A stretch of DNA of 63,460 nt, counting the filler. It is 8 parts of 8 records of this genome, joined end to end, with 100 filler letters (N's around TTAATTAATTAA, not from the genome) between each part and the next. Parts side by side here need not be neighbours in the genome. Positions count along the whole stretch, not along the records: positions 32,630 to 58,604 come from SRR7504441_3064; 7 more parts are not named here. One strand, 5' to 3'. The notes below the pieces were generated by a model. That model was not told where the DNA came from. It saw nothing but the letters and a program-made list of their open reading frames with translations, and made no database searches. Every line of letters begins with the position of its first letter. Within the stretch, counting starts at the first letter, position 1. Positions 35,601 through 45,816 of this stretch are shown here, one piece after another. Both the position numbers and the translations under genes were made by a program.

Positions 35601-36059
35601 CGCCCGCGCCCGGTGCCGAGCGGCTCCCTCGTCGGCCCGGGCCTGGGCTGGCTCGCCGCGCTGCCGGCCGTGGGCCACCACGCGGCCCACGGTGCGCACG
35701 TTGGCCTTGTGCAGCTCGATTGAGCGCATCAGCGGTACCCACGCCTGGTCCCGGACCGCGGCGCTGCGGCTGTATGGCCGACGGGCCAGCTGGGCCAGCC
35801 TACTGATCAACTCCTTTGTCTCCCGGTCGAGCGCCCGCCGGACATCATCGGCAGCTCGATACACCCCGCCGAACTGGCCGGCGGCCTTGGAGGCCACCCG
35901 AGCAGCCCGCCGGGGGGGCGCCTCGGCCGGGCGCTCCCAGACGGGGAGCAAAGGCTTGGCGTGGGCCGAGGAGAGCCGGCGCTTGGCCGGCCTGAGCGGG
36001 TGGTCCGCGATGCTCACACGCGACCGCCGCCGGCCGGCCGCCTGGGCACCGCGATCCAT
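32630..36059 (-). CDS. Multi-EF-hand Ca2+-binding protein, multi-exon, 3' truncated
   Basis: EF loops DKNGDSAVNLAEF, DPNGDDMIELHEL, DKDRSGRIDLDEL, DSDKDGRVEYKEL and DANRDGVISMREL in successive minus-strand ORFs; W/R-rich helical N-terminal region. Assignment to a single gene is inferred. Confidence 0.7.
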
Positions 36060-36244
36060 GCTCTCGAGCTGCTTTGCCAACGGCCGCGGTCGCCGGTCGG
36101 GGCTCCTTCACAGTGTCGCGACAAGGAGCCCTGGCCGGGCCATCAGGAGGCCAGTGGTCGCACATAGGGCCCGATGCAGCGCCGAGCGACGCGGTGGCTC
36201 TCCCACCGCAGCGCGGGGTCGGAGGGTGCGGACTACGCCGCCCG

Positions 36245-37234
36245 ATGGTGCTGGCGCTGGCAGCGACGCTGTTGTGCAGCCTGGTGGCCAGCTCGGCCTT
36301 TCTCAGCTGGCGGGGCGTGCGCAGTGTGGCGAGCTGGAATCGGAGCCAGGGCGGGCCGAGGGTATCCCTCGCATCGGGTGGCCTGTCGCTCGTGTTCGTC
36401 AAGACCTACAAGTGCGCCTCGTCCACGGCCGGCGGGGTGCTCCGGCGCGTTGCCGCGCTCAACGGTCTCCACGGCGCCCGGCTGACGCACAAAAGAGCCC
36501 GCTGGTGGGAGCTGCCAGAGCCCAAGGTGTGGGCGACCCACGAGACCCGTGCCAACCTGGAGTCGCCCCTCCGGCAGCTGCACACCGCGGCGTTTAAAAT
36601 GACCATGGTGCGGAGGCCCGAGCAGCGGTGCCTCTCGCACTTCTACATGCGCGCCAACGACCATCCAGAACATCCGGAACGGGTCCTGCAGACCTGGACC
36701 AAGCTGGAGTACCTGCGCACCCACTGCAACGACCTCATGTTCCGCTACGTCGCTGTGGACCGTCAAGCGAGCAGCGTGAGCCAGGTCATCAGCGACTACG
36801 ACCTCGTAGGCGTGGCGGAGCGTTTCGAGGAGACCATGATTGTGCTGGCCCACTTGCTGGACCTGCCACTGGCTCACGTGCTGTACTTGTCCTCTAAGAA
36901 TTCGACTCGAGAGCGCGGGGTGGCCTTCCGCCACACTCCGCTCAGGCAGGAGCCCAGCGAGGTCATGGCTTTCTTCGAATCGGAGGTCTGGCGGAAGAGG
37001 AACCGCAGAGACACGGCGCTGTTTAGGGTGGCCAACGCGAGGCTGGACGCGCACATCGCTCGGATCGCCAACTTCACCTCCCGCAAAGATCGCTACAAAC
37101 ATTTGCTCCGCAAGGCGACCGAGGCATGTGCCTTGCCGCCCTCGATGCCGCGCGATCAGCGGGACTGCCTGTGGCGCGACAACGGTTGTGGCTTCCACTG
37201 TTTGAACCGGTTTATCTCAAACCATAAACAATGA
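36245..37234 (+). CDS. Golgi-type sulfotransferase (galactose-3-O-sulfotransferase-like), intronless
   Basis: N-terminal signal anchor; 5'-PSB motif FVKTYKCASST; 3'-PB motif TMVRRPEQRCLSHFY; YDLVGVAERFEETMIVLAHLL. Confidence 0.85.
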   Translation: MVLALAATLLCSLVASSAFLSWRGVRSVASWNRSQGGPRVSLASGGLSLVFVKTYKCASSTAGGVLRRVAALNGLHGARLTHKRARWWELPEPKVWATHETRANLESPLRQLHTAAFKMTMVRRPEQRCLSHFYMRANDHPEHPERVLQTWTKLEYLRTHCNDLMFRYVAVDRQASSVSQVISDYDLVGVAERFEETMIVLAHLLDLPLAHVLYLSSKNSTRERGVAFRHTPLRQEPSEVMAFFESEVWRKRNRRDTALFRVANARLDAHIARIANFTSRKDRYKHLLRKATEACALPPSMPRDQRDCLWRDNGCGFHCLNRFISNHKQ

Positions 37235-37242
37235 TAATCAAC

Positions 37243-38748
37243 CTAGCAACCAAACCCGGCGGCCGCTCCTATCGCAATCGCCTCGTCGGGATCGATCGTA
37301 TTGTGGAGCAGGTCCCGCCCAAAGTACTCAATGAGCTGCTTGCCTATTCGCGGCATCCGGGTGGATCCGCCCACCAGCACCACTTCGTCCACCTCGGCCG
37401 GCGCCGTGTGCGTCAGCGAGAGTAGTTTATCCACTGGAGCCAGCGCCCTCACAAATAGCTGTTCAGTCTGCTGCTCGAATTGCTGACTCGAGAGCGTCAG
37501 CCGGCAAGCCTCCCCAAGATCCACCTGCCCACACTCCACACGGCCCAGCCCTAAAAGCACCGTGACCGGCTGCTCGCCAGCACTGCTCAGCTGCCGCTTG
37601 GCTGCCTCGGCAGCAATCAGAAAGATGTGTTGGGCAGGCAGTCCGGTCTGGCATTGCTCTGCAGCCCGCTCACGGAGCAACTCGGCCAGCGCCATGTCAA
37701 AGTCGTTCCCTCCCAGCCGCGGGTCCCCTGCATTAGACTCGGGCCCGGCGGCAGCCCGGCGCACCCTCGGTGTGCTCTACGCGGAACACGCCGTCCTCTA
37801 GAGCCAGCAAAGCCACATCGAGCGTGCCTCCGCCGAGATCATACACAATCACGTTGCTGGCCCACCCTCCAGCCATCGCTCACTCGCGCCCGCACCGGCG
37901 CTGCCGCGACAGGTGGAGCCCATACGACATGGCTGCAGCCACCGGCTCCTCCACAAGCCTCACTTGCCTGCTCCCAATCGCGGCTAGCCAGGCCAGTTGA
38001 GTACCGAAACCCCGCAAGCCGCGCAGCATGCCGCGTGGCCTTGCGTTGCTCCGCAGCGAACGACACCGGCACGGTCACCTGGCCTGGGCTCACAGGCTGG
38101 CTGCCGGCGACCCACCGTTGCGGCTTTGAATCGGAATCCGAGTGTGTACCGCCAGCCTTGGGCCAGCCTGCCCCACGCTCGGCCAGCGCTAGTCGCGGGA
38201 GCCCACTCTGCGGCCTGCTTGAGCTTGGTCAGCACTGCGCCGCTCAGTCGCTCAGGTGCGAACCAGCTTGCCCCCTGCACGCCGCTCGCCCGGCCCGGCC
38301 GGCCCGTGGGTACCAGCTGAATTTCCACAGACCCGTTGCCACTAGCCCGCAGCTGGTACGGCAGCCGGCCGGCCTCGGCGTCCACCTCGGGATCGGCCCA
38401 CTCCCGGCCGATCAGCCGCTTCACCTGGCGAGCCGCTCACCCGCAAGGCCCCGGCGCGCGCACGTTGTAAGCCGTCTGGGCAGGCAGGCTCGGCCGGAGC
38501 GCGGCCGCCGGCTCGCCAACCAGCAGCTGCTGCGGGGCGGCGGGATTGTGGATCACAGAGGGGACGATCCGGCGGCCGTCGATCGGTATGACAGTGGTGT
38601 TGCCCCCGGCGCAGACCGCGCTCACGCTAAAAGTGGTGCCCAGGTCAATCCCGAGCTGAGTCTCGCTCATCAGGAACTTGGGCGCCGCGAACGTGAGCGC
38701 CACCAGCAGCGCCCCCGCCGACAGCAGCAGCGTGCTCAGCTCTACCAT
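37243..38748 (-). CDS. Hsp70-family protein with a signal peptide and ATPase domain only (HSPA13/STCH-like), multi-exon
   Basis: [64 protein letters not shown] and [12 protein letters not shown], followed by a stop; no substrate-binding domain. Confidence 0.88.
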
Positions 38749-39076
38749 CTACTCCTCGCGGCGCGCTGATCCCACCAGAGAGGGCGTGCGAGCTCGATGA
38801 CGCAACGTGCCGTTAGTTGTTAGTCTAGTCGTTGCGGAGCAGCTGAACTCTTCTCAAACTAGCATTCTATTCCAAACTATGCTGCGCGCGCCGTCACCAT
38901 CCAGCCATACTCCAACCATCACACACCCTCAACAGCGCTCTCAGTACGTACCGGCGCTACATCGTAAGCTTAGTAATATGATTAAACTAACCAACTACGA
39001 GTAACTATGAACAGACTATTACCGGTAGTTAACTCTTTATCAATCGAAGGCTTCGAAGATCAATCTGATTGCTTAA

Positions 39077-41271
39077 TTAAAAATCCATGAAAATGTTCTT
39101 CTCTAAGAGCTGCTCTTCTTTGGTCAACGTAGCATTGATTATGGCGGAACTAGAAGTGCAACACGAAGTTGCCAGTTGGTAGCCTTCTGCTAAGCAGAAC
39201 CGCAATGCCAGCCTGCGAACCTTCCCGCTGATCTTGGGCTTGATACAAGCGTTTGCTGCTGACTTCCACTTATCTCTACAGACTCGCTTTGTCCCAAATA
39301 TTATTTTGGGTGCTGGCGTTTTCTCTGACTCAGGTGCCTCCATGAGTTCTCGTTTCCTTCTCCTTCGTTTCGTTCGCACAGTTCTACATTTTTTCTCTTG
39401 CCATTTGCAGATGAACTTGGCAGTAGAGCTGTGTTTTGGAGAATGTCGACCCAGCTTTGGTCTGAATTGCCTTCTTTGAGACTGACACTTTCACCTCAGT
39501 CATCTTGGAGACTGACGTTCTTGTTGGCAGACAGTCAGAGATGTGATCAGTAAATGGAAAGTTTCCCAGGACGGTCACCCTTATCGCACTCCTCAGCACC
39601 GGTTCATCCACCACCCACCTTTGCCACAGCACTTAGCATCACCCGTCCGAAGGTTGTTTGCCTGCTTTGCGGCCTGCTCTTCAGCAGCCCCTTCTGGCTT
39701 TGAATACTCGTATTTTTTACGTCGGCGTTCTCCTTTCTTGTATTTTTTACGTCGGCGTCCTCCTTTCTTGTATTCTTTTTCTTCACGTTGGCGTCTTCCT
39801 CGTTTCCGGCGCCTCCGGCGGTTGCCTCCAGCCTCTTCCTGGAGGAACTCTATGAATCAAGTTGCTCGCACACTACCATTTTCGCCTTTTTATCAGCTTT
39901 TGATCCAGACAACATTGCTTGTTGTTGGTGGTACAGCTCCTTATTCTTTTGCTCAATCAAATTCGCTAATTTGGATAATTGATCAATGCCGTTTGAGACT
40001 TCAACCTGGGAGCCTTTTTGCACGCTATCACAGGCCTCCTTGACCCCCATAGCCTCATCTGGAACTTGTGTGTTATTCTTGATATCTATGATTGCCGTAG
40101 TCTCGATTGGTACACCTTCACCCCTGCTTTCACTGGAGTTTTCCTCTTTAGCATCAACGACTGACGGTGGGCACAGAACAACTGTCTGCTCTGAGCTCAC
40201 AGACTGCATTGGAGCCCAAGATGACGAAGCAGTCGGCAAGGTCCTTGTGCGGACAGATTCCTGCGCAACTTCGAGGCAGATTCTGGCGTGTGCACCTGGA
40301 TGAAACGTTGGTATGATGGCATCAAATGCAATTTCACCTTCTAGAAGGCTGGGTTCCAAAGCCTGCAATGTTGTTAATCTCGGTGGCGAAAACCACTCCT
40401 CCGAAGATTCATTGCGTTGCCAGCTAAAGTCTGCAGCGACGCAGTAATGAAGTCGTGAGAGCTGTGCTATCGAAATCAAGTCGATCTTTCTGATTCTAAT
40501 TTTGAGGATTGCAAGCATTGCGTCTTGACGAGTGTGAATGCCAAGAGTGTCTGCGAGATTTCCCCTGTATTTTGACGACGGAAACAATGCGAGGGGCATT
40601 CGAATAGCAGACTTTGCATCTGGCCTTGATAGCAGCCCCGTGACGATCTGTCCCGACAGCTGAAGTCAGTCCCTGCCTGTTGATCTGAGGGAAGCACCTG
40701 ATTGACGTTCATACTGTTCCGCAGCCCAGCCTGTGCTAGCAGGTCATTGCCATTCCATAGGGTGCGGACTCCATTCTCGAGCTGTCGCTTTTGAGACGCA
40801 GCTTGCACGTGTCGAAACAAATTCGTCGATCTTCTAATAACCCGCCACAGCCGGAGGTGTCTTGATTGCATCTGTCGGGCAAAGAAAAGGCACGCAACCG
40901 TAGTCTTATCTTCCCACTGCCGCCTTGTCAGCGCCAGGTTGTGCCCCCACCCAGCCAGCCCGATCCGCAGACTCGCGTGACACCGGGCCTCGATCAGCAC
41001 TGAGACCATTGCCTTGAACCCGAGAAACATCCGGCGCTTCGTGGCAGACACGAACGAGAACAGCCCTGGCGCCCCCGGCAGCTCTCAGCGCACCCAGCTG
41101 CGGCAGGCGCTCACCCTGCTGACCGCTGGTTGCGGTGCGGGCGCCCAGGTTCCGCAGCACCAGCCCGCGCACAGTCGCGGCGATCTGGGCCGATTCTTCC
41201 AGGTTGCCCACCTCCTTGAGGGTGCGCGACAGCTTTCGCAGCGTGCGCAGCGTGTGGTCCGTGGCCATCAT
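39077..41271 (-). CDS. Protein(s) of unknown function, multi-exon, low complexity
   Basis: Chain of same-strand ORFs (40906-41328, 40476-41051, 39850-40599, 39604-39786, 39077-39379) with intron-sized breaks; no recognisable domain. Boundaries are uncertain. Confidence 0.4.
39710..39774. repeat. 30-nt tandem repeat (about 2.2 copies) encoding NTRKE(D/N)ADVK on the minus strand
   Basis: gtattttttacgtcggcgttctcctttctt followed by gtattttttacgtcggcgtcctcctttctt. Confidence 0.9.
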
Positions 41272-41380
41272 CGGCCCGCCCTCCCCCAAGCAGCCAGGCG
41301 CCCCCTCCAGTGGGGTGGCACCGCGCACCTTTGGAAGTCCGTTGTGAGGGGGACTGCTGTGCGCGCCTTACCACTCTCCG

Positions 41381-42776
41381 ATGGGTGAGGCGGCAGCCGA
41401 CAGTGGGCTGGGCGTGCGGGCCAGTCCGGTCCGGTGGGCCACGCTCCAGCCCCGGAACCGGCCGCTGAGGGCCGAATACGGGAAGAGCGACGTCCGCCGG
41501 TGAGCGCTGCCGCCGCGCAGCCGATCGGGCGGGGGCAGGGTGCCGCACGTAATACTCCGGAGCAGGGGTGAGGTCAGCGCTAGCATTGACACGGAGACGG
41601 TGCCCGAGGCAGGTGGGCGACGTTGAGATTGGGGGGCAGGGGTTTAGGGTGTACCCGCACCGGGCGACCATCCCAAAGCCGCTGCTGATTTTCATCCCTG
41701 CCGGCAAACAGCGGGGCGGGCTCGAATTGGCCACCAATTTTTTCGAGCGGAGCGGGCTGCTCGAGCAGGGCTGGCTGGTGGTGGCCATGATCAATCCGGA
41801 GAGCGAGCCCAGGCCGTTCTACGCCCAACGGAACTGGAGCGAGCAGCTGGTGCCGGACTTTCTCAGCTGGCTGTCCGAGCACTACATGGTCGAGGCCAAG
41901 GCGCACCTGATGGGGGTGGGGAACGGGGGGCGGGCCGCGTTCGAGGCCGCCTCGCGCAACCCAGGGCTGTTCTGCTCACTCACCATGATCAACGCCACAC
42001 CGAGCTGCTCAATTCGAGGGGTTGGGCTCCCTGGGAAGAAGATGCTAGTCAAGCAGTGCTTCCAGATCCGAGACACGCAGGTTATACTCGCGGTGGGCTC
42101 GGAGCACCAGGAGCTGCTGCCGGATGCGGTCAGGGTGGCGGGAGTGATCAACACGATGGCCGGCCGCGCCACGATGCAATGTGTGCTGGAGGTGGTCCAT
42201 GGAGCCAGCTGCACCGACATCCTACTGGCTCAGACCATGAGCACGCCTAGCTACCCGAATCCGCTGGCCCGAGACCTCAAGTTTCATCTGTGCAAGCTGC
42301 ACCAGGCGCAGGAGAACGTGCTCGATCAAGCCTCTCAGCCGCCTTACCTAGGTCACTTGTATGAGTCGAGGGCAGTCAAAGCGGGGGCGCGGTGGAACGT
42401 CAGTAGACCGGGCCGGCGTGTGGTGCGGCATGGAGAGCACTCGCATGAGCAGAGTGGGTTTGACGCCAACTTGGACCATCTGCACAGCGAGGAGCACATG
42501 GCGTTCCTGGCCCAGGCGGTGAACTACGATAGGGCCGTGATTGCCATGTGGGAGCATAATCCGCCGCACGATCCGGACGAGACGCCGCGTGGCTCCTGGG
42601 GGAAAGTGCAGCACAACCACGGGCGTTCAGTGGATTCGGATGATGATGAGATTGTGGCTGCTATCGAGAACAACGAGATCGATCCGAGCACAATTCAAAC
42701 GTATATGGCTGACTTCGAGGCCGCGCCTCAAGTGGTTCGATTCGATCAGCACGGTACCTCCCTTAGTCATGATTGA
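41381..42776 (+). CDS. Alpha/beta-hydrolase-fold protein, probably catalytically inactive
   Basis: PLLIFIPAG, GWLVVAM and HLMGVGNGGRAAF (Gly at the nucleophile position of GxSNGG). Start ATG 41381 and the 5' introns are inferred. Confidence 0.55.
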
Positions 42777-42864
42777 GATATGCTATTAAACCAAATATTA
42801 CAATCATGTAATTTTCCTCAAATCTAAGTGAAGCTCGTTCACTTAAGTTTTATGTTTTACTCAA

Positions 42865-45744
42865 TTATTCGAGCGTCTTCCTCATGATTCCTTGGCCCAT
42901 TGAATTAATGTAAAAGTCATTCTCGTACCAATTAGCTGGACCCGGGCCCATTGTAACGATGTCCCCAGTCTCGTCAGTCCACGTAGTGCCATCATCCTTG
43001 CTTTGCCAAACAAACGCAGCATGCGGATGCTCAGCGCTCTGTGTCCCACCAGAGCCCATAAGAACAAGAGTTTTACCCGACCAAGAGTAGATCGCGGTGT
43101 AGCTGAAGGTTGCCACCGCTGCACAGCTTGTCATTGGCTCCCAGTTGTTTCCACCATCAGTTGTGCGCAGCGGTACGTCGCCGGAGCGCGTCACAATCAT
43201 AAAGCTTTCGTTTTTGATCGCCAGGCCTGCAAAGCTGCCCACGAGGCCTGTTGCGTTGCCATGCGGGGTCGGTGGTGGCGGCGGCAGCGGCTTGGTGTAA
43301 GATACCCACCCAGTGTTGCCGTTACCACCAGCGGCGGGTCTCTGCTTAAACCAAATCTGCTTCACATCCGCTGGAGCAGATACCGTCGTGGTGAAGCCCG
43401 TGCAATTGAGCTGGGCCTTGCACCAGATCTCGGCGTTGTGCTCGGTCATGTTAGTCTTGTAGATGTCGCCCCCTGCCGCTAAGAACCCGTCTGACTTGTG
43501 GAACCCGTAAGCGTCAACTGGTGGTGGTGGAGGTGGAGCATTCCAGCAAGGCGCCCACGTCTCGCCCTGGTCAAAGGAACGTGCAATACAGCTAGAGGAT
43601 AAGGAGTAGAGCGTGCTCTTGCCAGTAGAATCTACAGGCCCAGACACAAAGCCTGCCGCTACATGGGGTGGGGTGGCGATGTAAGTAAAGTTGAGGCCCT
43701 GGAAGAAGTTGCTGTTCTTGAGCACGTACACATTGCTCGCGCCCAGCTCAACCTTGTCGTCACGCTTGTCGTGGTCTTCATCATCCTTGTCGTCGTCACG
43801 CTTGTCGTGGTCTTCGTCATTCTTGTCATCGTCACGCTTGTCGTCATCGTCATGCTTGTTGTCATCCTCATCCTCCTCGTCGCTGCTGTCATTGTCCTCT
43901 TCAGGTAGATTCATCGACGCCCTGAGGTCAAGCTCGTCGATCATGCCATCGCCGTTCGCATCAAACTTCATCATCGCCTTATAAGACGCCGCGCTCTTGG
44001 CAGACTGGATTGAGTAGCTTATGGCGCCCTTGCGAGCTGTGTACTGCCAATGCGACGCGTTTGAGTCTGCCATGTGGCACAGAACGCAGTGCTTGTCGCT
44101 GTCGCCGCGCCACACTGCATAATTAGTCCCGGGATACCAACCCATGTTGGTGCCAAGGTCCACGGCTGATAGGCAGGATCCGTTGGTCATTGCGCCCAGG
44201 TCCATCCCCTGCTCGGAGGCCTGGCAGCTGACCACCTCGTCCATGTGCTGATCCCACGGGAGCGGGCCCATGATCAGTGGAGCATAGACCTGGCCGGTGG
44301 GCTCGGCAATCGAGCCAGCCCGGGGTGTGTAAGTCGGCCCGAACACAGTGGAGCCGTGTGGCGTGATGAACCTGGTCAGATTCTTGCCGCCTTGTTTGGA
44401 GCTCAAAATGTTATGATGATGCATTAGAAGCATGTTGTTCGATGAGCCCATTGCATACGCACCGCCGCCTTCGCCGATACACGAACCGGAGGCCCCATCC
44501 TCGGGCGTCTGCCAGCTGGGCCAGTGTGTGCCCGAATCCCAGGAGGCCACGGGCGCCCAGTCCCAAATGGCAGTCACAATGTATCTTTTGCCTGGCCCGT
44601 CGCCTTTGGAGATGGCCGCCTTGAGCGCAATGTTGTTCGACAGGTTCCCGTTGGCCTTGTACAGCTCGAGGCTCCCGTCTGTGGGCATGATGAACAGCCC
44701 TTGGTCCGACGGGAATGCCACTGTGCCCGCAAAGTCCATCGAGATCCTCTGGTAGTCGTGGGCACCCCTGATCACCACTCGCCCTGTCCTGCGCTGGGTC
44801 CGGTTATCGTAGGTGCTGAGCCAGCTGCACGGGCGCTTCATGTTGGGCCCAGGGCCGCAGTCCCGGCTCACAAACGCCCCGCCCATGGCCGCGGTGTACA
44901 AGTTGCCTCTCCGGTCGATCCCACAGTGGAAGATGTTGCTGTGATTCAGACTCTCATAACTCTGCCCGCCGTCCATCGACTGGTAGGTCAGCGGCGGCTT
45001 GGTGTAGATGAAGTGCTCAGGGTTGTTCGGGTTGAGCGCCAGCATCGTGCACGGCCGGTCCGGAAAAGATTTCCAATCGGCCGCAGTCGTATTTATCACC
45101 GTCCCAATCGTAACGTGCCCGCCCAGGCAGGCCCCGAGCATGCTGTTCTTGCCGTTGTTGTCCGAGAGCGTCAAATAGCCGGCGCGGCCCCACCCGCCGG
45201 GCGGGATCAGGCTCCACTGGCCGCCGGCCGCCGGGATGTTTGCAATCCCTCCGTCGCAGCTGGCAAATATGGTGACCACCCCGTTGATGGTGCCGTTTTT
45301 GAATGTCCAGCACGAGCCGAACTTGGTGCTCTCGTTCACAAAGCTCCACGAGGCGGCGCCGTCGGTGGTCTGGTAGATCCCCGAATAGGTGGCCACGAAC
45401 AGGTGATCGCAGGCCACGTTCACACATCCGAGCGCCTTTATCCGGGTGTTGAACAGGCCGTTGCTGGCCACGGTCCAGGTCTTGCCTCGGTCGGTCGACT
45501 TGAGCACGCCGCTGGAGGCCCCGTTGTTCTGGCCGCCCGCGTAGATTAGCTCTGGGTTGGAGGCCGGCGAGACGGCGTCGGCCAGCGTGCCGGCCTCGCC
45601 GCTGCCGTTGATGTCGTCGCCGATCCCGTGCGGTCCCACGTTGATCCAGTCGCCGGTGATGCCCTTTGGAGGCCAGGCCCCCGAGGCGGCCACCGCTGAG
45701 GCGACGAAGCAGACCAGGCCGGCTGCTTTCACGGCTACTTTCAT
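42865..45744 (-). CDS. Secreted BNR/Asp-box beta-propeller protein (Vps10/GH74-like), 959 aa, intronless
   Basis: Signal peptide; Asp boxes STDRGKTW, TTDGAASW, SMDGGQSY, SWDSGTHW, SFDQGETW, TTDGGNNW and SKDDGTTW; internal EF-hand-like loop and D/K-rich repeat. Confidence 0.8.
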   Translation of the reverse strand: MKVAVKAAGLVCFVASAVAASGAWPPKGITGDWINVGPHGIGDDINGSGEAGTLADAVSPASNPELIYAGGQNNGASSGVLKSTDRGKTWTVASNGLFNTRIKALGCVNVACDHLFVATYSGIYQTTDGAASWSFVNESTKFGSCWTFKNGTINGVVTIFASCDGGIANIPAAGGQWSLIPPGGWGRAGYLTLSDNNGKNSMLGACLGGHVTIGTVINTTAADWKSFPDRPCTMLALNPNNPEHFIYTKPPLTYQSMDGGQSYESLNHSNIFHCGIDRRGNLYTAAMGGAFVSRDCGPGPNMKRPCSWLSTYDNRTQRRTGRVVIRGAHDYQRISMDFAGTVAFPSDQGLFIMPTDGSLELYKANGNLSNNIALKAAISKGDGPGKRYIVTAIWDWAPVASWDSGTHWPSWQTPEDGASGSCIGEGGGAYAMGSSNNMLLMHHHNILSSKQGGKNLTRFITPHGSTVFGPTYTPRAGSIAEPTGQVYAPLIMGPLPWDQHMDEVVSCQASEQGMDLGAMTNGSCLSAVDLGTNMGWYPGTNYAVWRGDSDKHCVLCHMADSNASHWQYTARKGAISYSIQSAKSAASYKAMMKFDANGDGMIDELDLRASMNLPEEDNDSSDEEDEDDNKHDDDDKRDDDKNDEDHDKRDDDKDDEDHDKRDDKVELGASNVYVLKNSNFFQGLNFTYIATPPHVAAGFVSGPVDSTGKSTLYSLSSSCIARSFDQGETWAPCWNAPPPPPPVDAYGFHKSDGFLAAGGDIYKTNMTEHNAEIWCKAQLNCTGFTTTVSAPADVKQIWFKQRPAAGGNGNTGWVSYTKPLPPPPPTPHGNATGLVGSFAGLAIKNESFMIVTRSGDVPLRTTDGGNNWEPMTSCAAVATFSYTAIYSWSGKTLVLMGSGGTQSAEHPHAAFVWQSKDDGTTWTDETGDIVTMGPGPANWYENDFYINSMGQGIMRKTLE
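43753..43866 (-). repeat. Coding 18/36-nt tandem repeats (DDDKRDDDKNDEDHDKR...)
   Basis: Repeated cttgtcgtcgtcacgcttgtcgtggtcttc units on the plus strand. Confidence 0.85.
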
Positions 45745-45816
45745 TGCCCTGGCAGCTGCAGCTGTAACTGCAAATCGGGGATCTCTGAGACCTCTCCCGG
45801 CTCACTCGACTGCATC

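Noticed and set aside
35401-37198. Long overlapping and antisense ORFs (e.g. 35401-36597 +, 36233-37198 -, 15570-16811 +, 44524-45549 +)
   Set aside because: R/A/P/G-rich shadow frames expected in high-GC coding DNA, with no domain motifs.
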